Below the pieces are notes generated by a model. It searched no databases and had not been told where the DNA came from. It saw only the letters and a program-made list of their open reading frames with translations. From a virus: a DNA stretch of 41,897 bases. The stretch lies in the IMG/VR virus record IMGVR_UViG_3300043640_000065, positions 1 to 41,897 of that record, one strand, 5' to 3'. Below, piece after piece: positions 5,738-15,110 of this stretch. Made by a program: the position numbers and the translations under genes. The stretch's first letter is position 1; every line of letters begins with the position of its first letter.

Positions 5738-7767
5738 TAGTTTAATGCCTTTATATAAAGTGATCTAAAAAAGTTTGTGGCTGCCTCTGTCGTGATTAGC
5801 AAGGCATTGTCAGTCGGAAGTTGAAATTGAGTGCTTCGATTGTAAGGGTAATCGTTTAACGAAGTTTGAAGGGATCCATTCCCTCCGGACTCAACAAATA
5901 ATCCTACACCGGTAGATGAAGCAAAGATTGTTGAAGTGGTAGCGCTAACCCTTGTGTACCACGTCACCCCTCCGTTTGATTGAATAGTTGCTCCTCCTGC
6001 TCCGGCTGCAATATAGAAATCGTTCGCATAACGAAGTGCATTCAAATTGCTCGTTGTCCCACTCGTTCTAGATGTCCAAGTAATCGCATCCGTCGAGGAA
6101 GCTAAAACACCTCCTGCACCTGCATAAATGTACAAAGTACCATAAGTCAAAGCGTTTATGTCACTCGTTGTCCCACTCGTTCTAGCTGCCCAAGTCACCC
6201 CGTCCGTTGAAGTAGATAAACCGCCTCCAACAGTTCCATAAACGAAGACAGTTCCATATCTCAACGCGTTAACGTTGCTTGTAGTACCGCTAGTTTGACC
6301 AGTCCAAGCTAAAGTATCGGGAGAAGTGGCAATTCTTCCGCCTGCCGTTCCATACACATAGGTGCTGTTTCCGTAAGCAGTTGAAAGGATTGTGCTTGTT
6401 GTTCCGCTATAACCTGTATTGGTCGTCCAAGTGACCGCATCCGTTGAAGTCAAAGTTGAATGCAAAACGGAAGCATGATAAAGCGTGCCATCATATACTA
6501 AACTTTGAATCGTTGAAGTAGTTCCGGAAGTGCTTAATGCCCATGTGATACCATCGGTTGAAGTTCCGATTTTACCTGCTGAGTCTCCGTAAACATGCAA
6601 AGAACCTGTCCAGATCAGAGAACAAATTGTACTTGTTGTATTGCTTGTTCGAGTAGTCCAAGTGACGCCATCCGTTGAGGTTTTAATTACTCCTGCGTTT
6701 TGACCTGTAACAAGTAAAGTTCCATTAAATACACCGCAATTTACGGTACCGGGAGTTCCTGCAACCAGATTCCAAGTCACTAAATCAGTCGAGCTTCTTG
6801 CACCGGCTCCAGTCCATACCCAATATTGACCAGCACCATAAAATACGCAATTCGTTGCATTTCCCGAGCCAATTCCTGTTACTCTTGATGTCCAAGTAAT
6901 TGCATCGGTCGAGGTTAGGATATTTCCTGCGTCTCCTGTGACTCCAGAAATAAAGAGCGAGTTAGTAAACGCTAAAGATCTTAAAGTGCTAGTTGTTCCT
7001 GTTGTTTGCGCTGTCCAAGTGACGCCGTCCGTTGAGGTTTGAATCGCTCCACCGTCAAAGCAAGCTGCAAATAACCCTGCTCCAAAAACTAACCCTCCGC
7101 ATGTAGCTGTTGAATTTAGGCCATTGTTTCTTGTCCTCCAAGTAATCGCATCCGTTGAGGAGACAAGACCTCCATTATTCGCAACCGCCCCAACAAAAAC
7201 GCCAGCACCAAAAGCCATCCAAGGCCCAAAAGTTCCTTGGTTTGGATTTGTATTTTGACCTATGGAAGGATTTTTTGTTTGCCATGTAACGGCGTCGGTT
7301 GAAGTTGCTAATGCTCCTAATGATCCTCCATAGATGAAATTACTACCTCCGAAAGTCAAAGACTGAATCGTTGCAGAAAATCCGGAAGTTTGAGTAGCCC
7401 AAGTAATCCCATCGGTTGAGCTTCTTAAGACTCCACCGACACCAGCTATTAAATGCTTTGAAGAACCAAATGTTGCTGCCAAAATGGTAGAGGTTGTACC
7501 GCTTGTTCTTGCAGTCCAATTGATACCACCTCCGTTAATCAATCCCATTCTTGAAAAAAGAACAGGATAAGCAGCCTGAGAAAGGATACTGCCATCGCAT
7601 TTTAGCCAAACACCGTTAAGGTAGGCGTCTCCATTCGCATTCGCAAAATAACTCAAAGCTCCAACCGGAATTTGGTCTACAATCCCTAAGTTCACTCTTG
7701 CTTCGGCTGCATCATCTGCACCCGTTCCGCCCTGCGATATAGGAATCGGCGTTTTAATAACTGACAT
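5737..7767 (-). CDS. Tail fibre / receptor-binding protein: GGTGA N-terminus, tail-collar motif, about 13 Asp-box (BNR-like) repeats
   Basis: QGGTGADDAAEARVNLG, then WLKCDGSILSQAAYPVLF (collar-like), then 13 repeats of (S/T)STD(G/A)(I/V)TW every 40-45 aa. Confidence 0.75.
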   Translation of the reverse strand: MSVIKTPIPISQGGTGADDAAEARVNLGIVDQIPVGALSYFANANGDAYLNGVWLKCDGSILSQAAYPVLFSRMGLINGGGINWTARTSGTTSTILAATFGSSKHLIAGVGGVLRSSTDGITWATQTSGFSATIQSLTFGGSNFIYGGSLGALATSTDAVTWQTKNPSIGQNTNPNQGTFGPWMAFGAGVFVGAVANNGGLVSSTDAITWRTRNNGLNSTATCGGLVFGAGLFAACFDGGAIQTSTDGVTWTAQTTGTTSTLRSLAFTNSLFISGVTGDAGNILTSTDAITWTSRVTGIGSGNATNCVFYGAGQYWVWTGAGARSSTDLVTWNLVAGTPGTVNCGVFNGTLLVTGQNAGVIKTSTDGVTWTTRTSNTTSTICSLIWTGSLHVYGDSAGKIGTSTDGITWALSTSGTTSTIQSLVYDGTLYHASVLHSTLTSTDAVTWTTNTGYSGTTSTILSTAYGNSTYVYGTAGGRIATSPDTLAWTGQTSGTTSNVNALRYGTVFVYGTVGGGLSTSTDGVTWAARTSGTTSDINALTYGTLYIYAGAGGVLASSTDAITWTSRTSGTTSNLNALRYANDFYIAAGAGGATIQSNGGVTWYTRVSATTSTIFASSTGVGLFVESGGNGSLQTSLNDYPYNRSTQFQLPTDNALLITTEAATNFFRSLYIKALN

Positions 7768-7776
7768 CTTGCCCCC

Positions 7777-10152
7777 TTACCTTGTCCAAAAGTTTGTGCC
7801 ATCAAAGCGGATTGTCCAACCTTGATAATTTCCATTGATCAAAAGTGAGGCTGCGTTATCAATTAACGCGCCACCTTCTGCGGTGATTGTAATATTGTTG
7901 ACCGAAGCGTTACCGCCTTGATCCTTAATTTCCCATGTCTGGCCGGCTGTTGCTCCCGTAGTCGGAAGGACAATGCTTCTAGGGGTTGCCGTGCTTGTAA
8001 CGCCTATGCCGTAATCAGTTATTAGGGCATTGTAGTCAATCGCTGTCGTGATAAATTTGACAATCTGAGCGCCGTTTAAAGTTGTAGGGCCGTTCACTAC
8101 AATTTCTGTGAAAGGAGAGCCACCACCACCGCCACTACCGCCAATATATTCAGTGATATAAACTAAACCGGGTGAACCATTTCCGCCGGCTCTTGCAGTT
8201 GTTACACCAAGATTATATGATCCACTACCACCACAACCATAACCAATACCATTAGAACCGGCAGAATTGACAGTGTCATTTTGTTTTACACCACCGCTAT
8301 ATCGGCTACCTCCACCAGCACCGCCATGACCCATTTGATCGCTTCCGGAAAAATAACCATCGCCACCATAAACACCGGGGAATCTAAGATCGCCACCGGT
8401 ACCACCACTTCCGCCAAGTCCTCCGCTATTTGAGGTTGCTCCTGCTGAAAAAGCTGCGCCAGATCCACCAATACCACCAAGGGCCGTAAGCAAAGCCCCG
8501 AAGGAGGTTGTTCCACCATTTCCACCGGGATTATTTCCCGAAACTGCTATTCCGCCTGCACCAATTGTAACTGCTTGGGAAGCTCCAATCGTAGCTGCAT
8601 CAAATACACCTAAAGCATATTCACCGCCACCGCCACCGCCGGCAGGGGCACTTTGCGAACTGCCTGTTGCTTCTGAGCCTCCGGCTGCTGCTCCACCGCC
8701 TACGTTTTCAACAACGCAATAAACCATTCCGGAAGTAGGGGTATAAGTTCCACTGGCTGTTAAAACTTGAACATTAACAGAGGTAAATCCTTCTCCTGTT
8801 CCTGATCCGCCTTTATTAGCATCCCAAATGCTTACGAAATCTTCTCCATTGTATCGGCTTAATCCGACTGCTTGATAAGCTTGATTTAGAACGTAGGTAG
8901 TCAATCCATCGATTAATTTTCCTGTCTGAACTTGAATCGTGATATTATTTACTGCTGCTTGACCGGCAACGTCCTTAATTACCCATAGCCTATCTCTTGT
9001 ACCGCCTGCTTGCATTGTTACAAGTATTGGCCCGGAAGTAGAATCAACCATCAAAACAAGGTCGCCATCTGTAGGCGTAACGTTTGTGCTAACATCTGTA
9101 TGGAAGTAAATGCAGCCTGCTTGTGCTGAAATTGTAGTCGCAGGTGTTGCAGCCGAGCAAAGGTTTGCACCAGATCCGGGAGTCAAATAGCAATTGACCA
9201 TGCAAGCTTGAGAAGTAGGGGTATCAACCGCGTCGCCTGAGCATGTGAATTCGCAATCATGAAATAAGTTACTTGCGCCAGTACCTTGAATACATGTAGG
9301 GCCACCACCTGCGCCGAACTGTGTATTATAGGCAAAAATTGATCCGTTATTATTTGTAATCACCCCGACATTACTGCAATCGTAAATTCTTAGATTAGCG
9401 GTGTTATCAAAGCCCATTCCTTGAGGAAAGGAACAGAAATTAAACGTAGCCATTCCGCCCGTCATATTGATTCCGGCAACTCCTACGCTTCCGTAGAATA
9501 TGCAATTAACAAACTGATTATAGTTAAAGTCCGAAGTTAATAAGTATCCCGTGCTTGCTGAATTATCTAACACACATTGGAACATATTAAATATATTAAT
9601 TGCTCCTGAGTTAGTAAATAAATCAAGTGCCGAATCAGGGTTTACGAAGTAAAGGCCTTGAGCGCGGAATAAGTTTGCTGCGCCTAAAGTGTGATTACCT
9701 AAAATTGTCGCGTATAGGGGAACGGCTCCGGGTTGTCCATACATAGCATCGCCACGAAGAAAAATACCGGGTGGAATAATTAAGTCTTCCGTGTAAGTTC
9801 CAAAGCGAATATAGATCATTTTCTGAACAGAAAGAGAAGCGCCATCGGTTACGGCAGCGTCAATAGCTTCTTGAATTGTTTGATAAGTGCCTTTAAGACC
9901 GGGAACAACCGAGGCATCGACTACGTAAGGAGTCCACCAAGTATTATTTGCATAGACCACGTCACCCGTTGAAGTGTCTACGTCCATTACCGGGGTATTG
10001 CTTGCACCGGCTTCTTGACCTACGAAAGCGAAGCTGTCTCCATTCAGAGGAGGGCCGGAATCGCCGGAAATTGTGATATTTCCCCCACCGCCTCCGCCTG
10101 ATCCGATTCTATCTAAGTTACCCGTGATAGGGTTATATGCCCATTCTGCCAT
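7777..10152 (-). CDS. Tail fibre/spike with beta-helix-like domain, duplicated W-IKD-G-A-NNITI module and a long Gly-rich region
   Basis: TIQEAIDAA..IYIRFGTYTE (pectate-lyase-like beta-helix start). Module repeated at about aa 388 and aa 735. Poly-Gly tracts. Confidence 0.65.
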   Translation of the reverse strand: MAEWAYNPITGNLDRIGSGGGGGGNITISGDSGPPLNGDSFAFVGQEAGASNTPVMDVDTSTGDVVYANNTWWTPYVVDASVVPGLKGTYQTIQEAIDAAVTDGASLSVQKMIYIRFGTYTEDLIIPPGIFLRGDAMYGQPGAVPLYATILGNHTLGAANLFRAQGLYFVNPDSALDLFTNSGAINIFNMFQCVLDNSASTGYLLTSDFNYNQFVNCIFYGSVGVAGINMTGGMATFNFCSFPQGMGFDNTANLRIYDCSNVGVITNNNGSIFAYNTQFGAGGGPTCIQGTGASNLFHDCEFTCSGDAVDTPTSQACMVNCYLTPGSGANLCSAATPATTISAQAGCIYFHTDVSTNVTPTDGDLVLMVDSTSGPILVTMQAGGTRDRLWVIKDVAGQAAVNNITIQVQTGKLIDGLTTYVLNQAYQAVGLSRYNGEDFVSIWDANKGGSGTGEGFTSVNVQVLTASGTYTPTSGMVYCVVENVGGGAAAGGSEATGSSQSAPAGGGGGGEYALGVFDAATIGASQAVTIGAGGIAVSGNNPGGNGGTTSFGALLTALGGIGGSGAAFSAGATSNSGGLGGSGGTGGDLRFPGVYGGDGYFSGSDQMGHGGAGGGSRYSGGVKQNDTVNSAGSNGIGYGCGGSGSYNLGVTTARAGGNGSPGLVYITEYIGGSGGGGGSPFTEIVVNGPTTLNGAQIVKFITTAIDYNALITDYGIGVTSTATPRSIVLPTTGATAGQTWEIKDQGGNASVNNITITAEGGALIDNAASLLINGNYQGWTIRFDGTNFWTR

Positions 10153-10198
10153 GATAAGACCTCTAATTTATTTCTGTAAAAACCCGTTTGTTAAGCCC

Positions 10199-10474
10199 TT
10201 AACTGAAATAAGTAGCTCGATCATCCCATACATAGGTGAACTGTGGCCCGTCATCCGGTTGCTGCTTTCTAATTATTGCTTGTCCGTCGTAGGTGATCTT
10301 CTGAATGTACCAGATAGCTAGAGAAGGATCGCCGTTCGGGAAAGGGGTATATCCGATATAGATCGGGTTATTGTCGCCGTTATTTTCGAAACGGCCTTCC
10401 ATCAGATCGCCTTGATCGAAGTAATTCGAAAATAGCTCTATCTGAGAAAAAACATTGGTTAGGGGAGAACTCAT
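10199..10474 (-). CDS. Hypothetical protein (91 aa) in the fibre module
   Basis: ATGA coupling to the upstream gene. Motif IYIGY..WYIQKITYDG..FTYVWDDRATY. Confidence 0.5.
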   Translation of the reverse strand: MSSPLTNVFSQIELFSNYFDQGDLMEGRFENNGDNNPIYIGYTPFPNGDPSLAIWYIQKITYDGQAIIRKQQPDDGPQFTYVWDDRATYFS

Positions 10475-10833
10475 GAATTTTCTTCCTTTTTAAGGTCTAA
10501 TTGTTGTATTTTCGTTTGCCTTGAATCTAAACTTTCTTGGCTTTTTTCAATAAGAAATTCTTTACTCTGAGACGTTAAATTTATAAGCATCTGCTCGATC
10601 CTGTCCATCCGGTTTCTAACATCTTCAACCACGCCTTGCAAGCAAATATGACGGTGAAGCAAATTGTTTTGCTCCATAGTCAATTTTTTAGGGAAGCAGT
10701 CTTTAATTAGCTTAGGTTGGGGACAGTCGGCCAGTTGCCACCATGTTTCAACGTAGAAGGGGCATTCCTTATCGCATTTGCAAAAACCAGATTTGACGAA
10801 GGCGCAATTTTCACCGCAATTCGTATGATCCAA
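10471..10833 (-). CDS. Cys-rich N-terminal / coiled-coil C-terminal protein (120 aa)
   Basis: TTG start directly after the upstream TAA, with a GGGGG SD. CGENCAFVKSGFCKCDKECPFY..DCPQP..DC. Confidence 0.45.
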   Translation of the reverse strand: MDHTNCGENCAFVKSGFCKCDKECPFYVETWWQLADCPQPKLIKDCFPKKLTMEQNNLLHRHICLQGVVEDVRNRMDRIEQMLINLTSQSKEFLIEKSQESLDSRQTKIQQLDLKKEENS

Positions 10834-11514
10834 TTAGGCCCCCACTGCTTTATTTTTCGTACAAAGGATACCAACGTTAGCTAGTGGACGCCATGAATTA
10901 CCGTGATTATGTCCTTGAGTAGCTCCGGCCGGACTAGTACTTGTTTGATTGTTAGATCCTATACCGCCGGTTTGTCCGGTATTCTGATTATTTCCTGTAT
11001 TTCTGTTGGTGCTTCCAATCTTCGACGATAAATTTCCTTCCTGATCTGACTTCCATACTTTAATAATATGTGAGTGTGCCGGGATCTGCTCAATAGTCAA
11101 GGTTGCGTTTGATTGTTGCCAATCGCCTGTTTGATTAGGGGCATTCACGCCATTGTATTTATTAACGCTCTCCGAGCAAGCTAAAACTCTATTTCCTGTA
11201 CCTGCTATAATTGACCAACCTAACGGAGCTGCTGCCTGATAAAACCAAGCATTCGTACCGTTAAGAAATCCAAGATATTGAGGGGGCATAATGTAATTGT
11301 CATATCCACCGCCATTCACTCGACCGATCAAAAGAACATCGGAAGCAACCAACTGACCCGGGAGCATTGTAAATTCACCAAGGCGAAGATTGCCAATTTG
11401 ACCGGCTGGAATCTTGCGATCGTTCAAGCCTTGACGAATCAAAAGCAAGTCGTTATCCGGATCAACCGGGCCGGCCGGATCAAGTAAGGGTATGGTGATA
11501 GGGGGAAGTGACAT
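10834..11514 (-). CDS. Tail-fibre-associated protein with tail-collar/MdpB-like core
   Basis: APLGWSII.. and TIEQIPAHSH segments. Gly/Asn/Thr-rich C-terminus. GAGGT SD. Confidence 0.55.
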   Translation of the reverse strand: MSLPPITIPLLDPAGPVDPDNDLLLIRQGLNDRKIPAGQIGNLRLGEFTMLPGQLVASDVLLIGRVNGGGYDNYIMPPQYLGFLNGTNAWFYQAAAPLGWSIIAGTGNRVLACSESVNKYNGVNAPNQTGDWQQSNATLTIEQIPAHSHIIKVWKSDQEGNLSSKIGSTNRNTGNNQNTGQTGGIGSNNQTSTSPAGATQGHNHGNSWRPLANVGILCTKNKAVGA

Positions 11515-11524
11515 CTTTTACCTC

Positions 11525-11995
11525 TTATGTTGGGATAACGCTTGAAGTTCCGGTTACTACTACGTTTGCACCACCCGTAATCGGTTGATTACCGGAAGTT
11601 GTGCCAACCCCTAAGCTTAATCCACTTGATTGAATCGAACCGGCTGCAAATTGAGGGGCAACACCTGCTAATTTTATTCCTGTAGCCTGATAATATTTCG
11701 TTGGATCTGCAAGATCTACGGCTTTAATCGTTATCAAAGCATTCGGCGTAGTGAAAAGTCCTGCGCCCGTTGCGCCGGTTGTGACCGTCTGCGATTGCTG
11801 TTGATCTAGCCATAAAATCCAATCGTAAACCGTTCTTTGAAACCAGTTCCACCATTGGCGATTAGGCTTCTCACCTAGAAACCAACCATCGGTTTTCTTT
11901 TCAAGAGGTGGCTCTACAACGTTAAATTGTTGGCTTATCGGATCTTGTACGTCATTGCTTGCCCATTGAGGGTATACGCTGGGTTTACTGACCAT
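11525..11995 (-). CDS. Tail-fibre proximal/hinge protein
   Basis: PPLEKKTDGWFLGEKPNRQWWNWFQRTVYDWILWL motif, common at fibre N-termini. AAGGAG SD. Confidence 0.5.
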   Translation of the reverse strand: MVSKPSVYPQWASNDVQDPISQQFNVVEPPLEKKTDGWFLGEKPNRQWWNWFQRTVYDWILWLDQQQSQTVTTGATGAGLFTTPNALITIKAVDLADPTKYYQATGIKLAGVAPQFAAGSIQSSGLSLGVGTTSGNQPITGGANVVVTGTSSVIPT

Positions 11996-11997
11996 CT

Positions 11998-12759
11998 TTA
12001 AAATCTCCTTGCTGGCGAATTACCGCCCTTTTGAATTAGTTCGCTTAGCTGACCGGCGGTTTCTAAGGGAAAATTAAGCTCATCAAGTCCACCATCAGGC
12101 CCATTACTTTCAACGGCCCCGGCTGATACATAAAGAACCGGAGTTCCCGGGTAAATATCCATTTGCAAAGGTCTTTCTTCGGTTGGATCGTTGACATTTG
12201 CATTCACCACAAGCATTTGATCGGTTATGTCTCCGCCAAGTTCGAAGGAGATAGGAACGTTATAAGTTGCCACGATAGGGGCATAATTCACGCCTGCCGG
12301 AGAGACTTGAAAAATACCGTCATTCAATTCGTTAGGGGGATTCGGGAATTTCAATCCATTCGTTTCAAGTTGAAATGCTGCAATTCCGATATCGTGATAA
12401 TTCGTGTGCGTTGCTTGTGTTAGGAAAGCTAACACGGCCATCACTTCTTCGGGAGTTCCGCTAGTTGTATTAATAAAAATCTGAAATTGCAATCTCTCGC
12501 GATAGTCTTCATCCGATTCGTTTATCTTTCTAGGAAGACCTAGAATCACGCCTAATTCGTCGAGTTGCGCACCTATCGAAGTCGAAAGCCATCGCTCGGT
12601 TTTAAGTGCCCATTTCGTATCTTCCAGAAATTGCATAGGGGTTACAATCACCTTGATTAGCTTTTGCAAATTCGTCAATTGACCGTTAGGCTTTTGCCCT
12701 CGGAACTGCGAGACTAGCAAAGCTAAAGCCCTCTGAAATTGGTCTGTGATTTGAACCAT
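11998..12759 (-). CDS. Baseplate wedge/tail protein following the J-like protein
   Basis: Position immediately downstream of baseplate J. Motif ..GAQLDELGVILGLPR..ESDEDYRERLQFQI. Confidence 0.5.
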   Translation of the reverse strand: MVQITDQFQRALALLVSQFRGQKPNGQLTNLQKLIKVIVTPMQFLEDTKWALKTERWLSTSIGAQLDELGVILGLPRKINESDEDYRERLQFQIFINTTSGTPEEVMAVLAFLTQATHTNYHDIGIAAFQLETNGLKFPNPPNELNDGIFQVSPAGVNYAPIVATYNVPISFELGGDITDQMLVVNANVNDPTEERPLQMDIYPGTPVLYVSAGAVESNGPDGGLDELNFPLETAGQLSELIQKGGNSPARRF

Positions 12760-12762
12760 ATC

Positions 12763-14748
12763 TTAAATGCTCACGTTAATTCGGCTTAGATCCCACACTG
12801 AAATTTCTGTCTCACCAATGCTTATGTCTGTGGAGACGTAAGACGGAGTAGTCGAAAGATTCAGAGTCCTTGCAAGTTGAACGGTAGCCGAAGCAATTCC
12901 CGGAACTGAGAAGCACACGGCTTGGACTCTTTGAATAATGACATCGATACCAATTCCTAAAGTGTCGCCGTAAGCTAAGATCGCTTGTGCGACTAGCTCT
13001 TGTCCGTTCGCTGGAAACGTTTCTTGAGGATTTAGCGTCAATGATACCAACACCCAAATATAAACCGGTGTAGCCCTTGTAAAATCGATTCCTTGAGGGT
13101 TTCCCTGACTATCGGTAATAACGACGTGCGTATTTCCAAAAGTCTGAATCCCGGCCGGCTTAAGCTGCCAGATTTTAAGGGCAACGTCTGCGTCTGTTCC
13201 ACCTTCGACAACTGCTTCAAAAGATTTAGGGGGACGTCCTCCGGATTCGCTATAAGTCGGTTGACTAGCTCCTCCTGAAACGTTGAAATCAATTTCAATC
13301 TCTTGGCCGTCATTCATTTCAATCGTTAGCTCTCTGTTTCCAGTGCCTCCAACCGAAACCGCTTTGATCTGAGGTTGAGCTAAAATAAGAGCTGCAAGAT
13401 CATTCATTACCTGTAAACTAGATGAAACGTAAGAGACAGAGCCGATATTTGAACCCTCTAAATCTACTTGAACGGTATTACCTGTAACGAAATCGATTGA
13501 AAACACGATAGAGATAGGATCTTGTGTCATTGTTACGTTTTCAAATACAGTAACCGAAGTGACTCCGGGAACTTCTTGAAGAAGCCTTGAACGTATTGCC
13601 TCAACGGTTGCAGCTCCTTGGCTATGCAAAGACTGAGCGCGCCTAATTCTTAGCTCCGCATCTGTTTCTTGATTCCTTCCCGTATTACCGGCTTGAGGAT
13701 TCGTTAAGCTTGTCCATCCTGCAATAGGTGTCACAATCTCGGTTAAGCTATTTGCCGGCGCTGCGATTGGCCCATATGTCTGAGCAAGGAAAGGAATAGG
13801 GGAGGCTGTTGAGGTAATTAGAAGATTCGTTCCTACCGTAATTGCATAAGGCAAGTTAGAGTTTCTAGCGGATACGGTGAAAGTATTTCCACTTGTCCAA
13901 CTACTTGAAGCAATCGTCGAGTTTGCGTCTATATTAGCTGAAAGATATTGCGCTACCGTATTGGCATTCGTATTGCTAAACACAACTGAAGCCGTAGGCG
14001 CTCCGCCTCCTGAAACGTTGGGAGAGCTGACAATAATTTGTTTTCCCAAAACGGGAACTAGTCTAACGCCATTCGTAATCGGGGTAGCGCTAAAAATTGA
14101 GTCCGGAAAGTTAGCTAAAAGAACGGCTGCAAGATTAGTTAAAGTTTGAGCGTTAGAAGTAACAAAAGGAACAGTAGGCGAATTAACTCCATTAATTCTA
14201 ACGGATATTGTATTACCTGAAACTAAATTTCCACTGAACATTATAGCAGGAATGCTATAGACGAATTGAATTCCACTAAGCAAAACCGTGTATTGTTGCG
14301 CTGTTGCTGCTGTTACTGAAATTGTATTCGCTAGAGCTGAACCATTCGAAATAATCGCGTTTGCTGTAGAAAAGAAAATCTCCGGAGAGTCTGAAAGTCT
14401 TGCTAAGCTTCCGGCTGGGATCAATGTTCCCGGTGTTCCCGTAGCAGCGCCGATAACCGAAGTCCTAAGCGCAGCCAATCGAGTAAGTCCGTTTAGCTGT
14501 ACGACGTTATCAAGTGAAATTCCCGAAGCTGAATTAGGGTACTGGCTTAAATAAACGTCTTGCAAGTTTTCCCAATCGTCTGCTAAAACTTTCGAGAAAA
14601 TTCCGATAAGCTGTCCCGTTACCGATTGCGCATCGAGATTTATATCGCCGAACTCTGCAATAAAAAGGTCTTCAAGCTCATCCTTGATATCAGGAAGTCG
14701 CATTGCATTGAATCCTTGTGGCGTTACGCCGAAAACGGGTGTTGTCAT
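12763..14748 (-). CDS. Baseplate J-like protein, enlarged (661 aa) by two inserted display modules
   Basis: J-like N- and C-terminal segments and position after the W-like gene. Inserted modules at about aa 150-255 and 412-500. Confidence 0.65.
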   Translation of the reverse strand: MTTPVFGVTPQGFNAMRLPDIKDELEDLFIAEFGDINLDAQSVTGQLIGIFSKVLADDWENLQDVYLSQYPNSASGISLDNVVQLNGLTRLAALRTSVIGAATGTPGTLIPAGSLARLSDSPEIFFSTANAIISNGSALANTISVTAATAQQYTVLLSGIQFVYSIPAIMFSGNLVSGNTISVRINGVNSPTVPFVTSNAQTLTNLAAVLLANFPDSIFSATPITNGVRLVPVLGKQIIVSSPNVSGGGAPTASVVFSNTNANTVAQYLSANIDANSTIASSSWTSGNTFTVSARNSNLPYAITVGTNLLITSTASPIPFLAQTYGPIAAPANSLTEIVTPIAGWTSLTNPQAGNTGRNQETDAELRIRRAQSLHSQGAATVEAIRSRLLQEVPGVTSVTVFENVTMTQDPISIVFSIDFVTGNTVQVDLEGSNIGSVSYVSSSLQVMNDLAALILAQPQIKAVSVGGTGNRELTIEMNDGQEIEIDFNVSGGASQPTYSESGGRPPKSFEAVVEGGTDADVALKIWQLKPAGIQTFGNTHVVITDSQGNPQGIDFTRATPVYIWVLVSLTLNPQETFPANGQELVAQAILAYGDTLGIGIDVIIQRVQAVCFSVPGIASATVQLARTLNLSTTPSYVSTDISIGETEISVWDLSRINVSI

Positions 14749-15110
14749 ACTGGCAATTCCAATTCTTTTAAGAGTTCTTCACCTGATATCGATCGCGCTC
14801 CGAACTTAACGGAAAGAATTCTGCGCCTCTTTTCGAAATCAGCTTCGAAGCTAATCAATTCGACTATGCCTCGGGTCTGTACAATCTCGGTTTTCAATAT
14901 ACTCTCTATTTGAATTTGATTCGGGTTTTTTCTGAAAAATTCTTCATAGTAGGGTATACCTTGCGTAATATCTAGATACCATTCTCCGAGGACAAAACGC
15001 AACCTAATAGCTAAATTTTGCATTATTTGTTTTGTGTCATCGACTAAGTCAAAGTCGAACTCCTGAAACACAAGGTCGTTAGTGATCGGATCGAGTGAAA
15101 AATCAATCAT
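14745..15110 (-). CDS. Baseplate wedge protein (gpW/gp25-like by position)
   Basis: 121 aa, between spike and J. ATGA coupling on both sides. Confidence 0.5.
   Translation of the reverse strand: MIDFSLDPITNDLVFQEFDFDLVDDTKQIMQNLAIRLRFVLGEWYLDITQGIPYYEEFFRKNPNQIQIESILKTEIVQTRGIVELISFEADFEKRRRILSVKFGARSISGEELLKELELPV

Noticed and set aside
5848-7521. Regularly spaced DNA repeats that might suggest a CRISPR array or satellite.
   Set aside because: The repeats are in-frame coding repeats (Asp-box units), only 70-80 % similar, with no conserved repeat/unique-spacer alternation. No cas genes are present.
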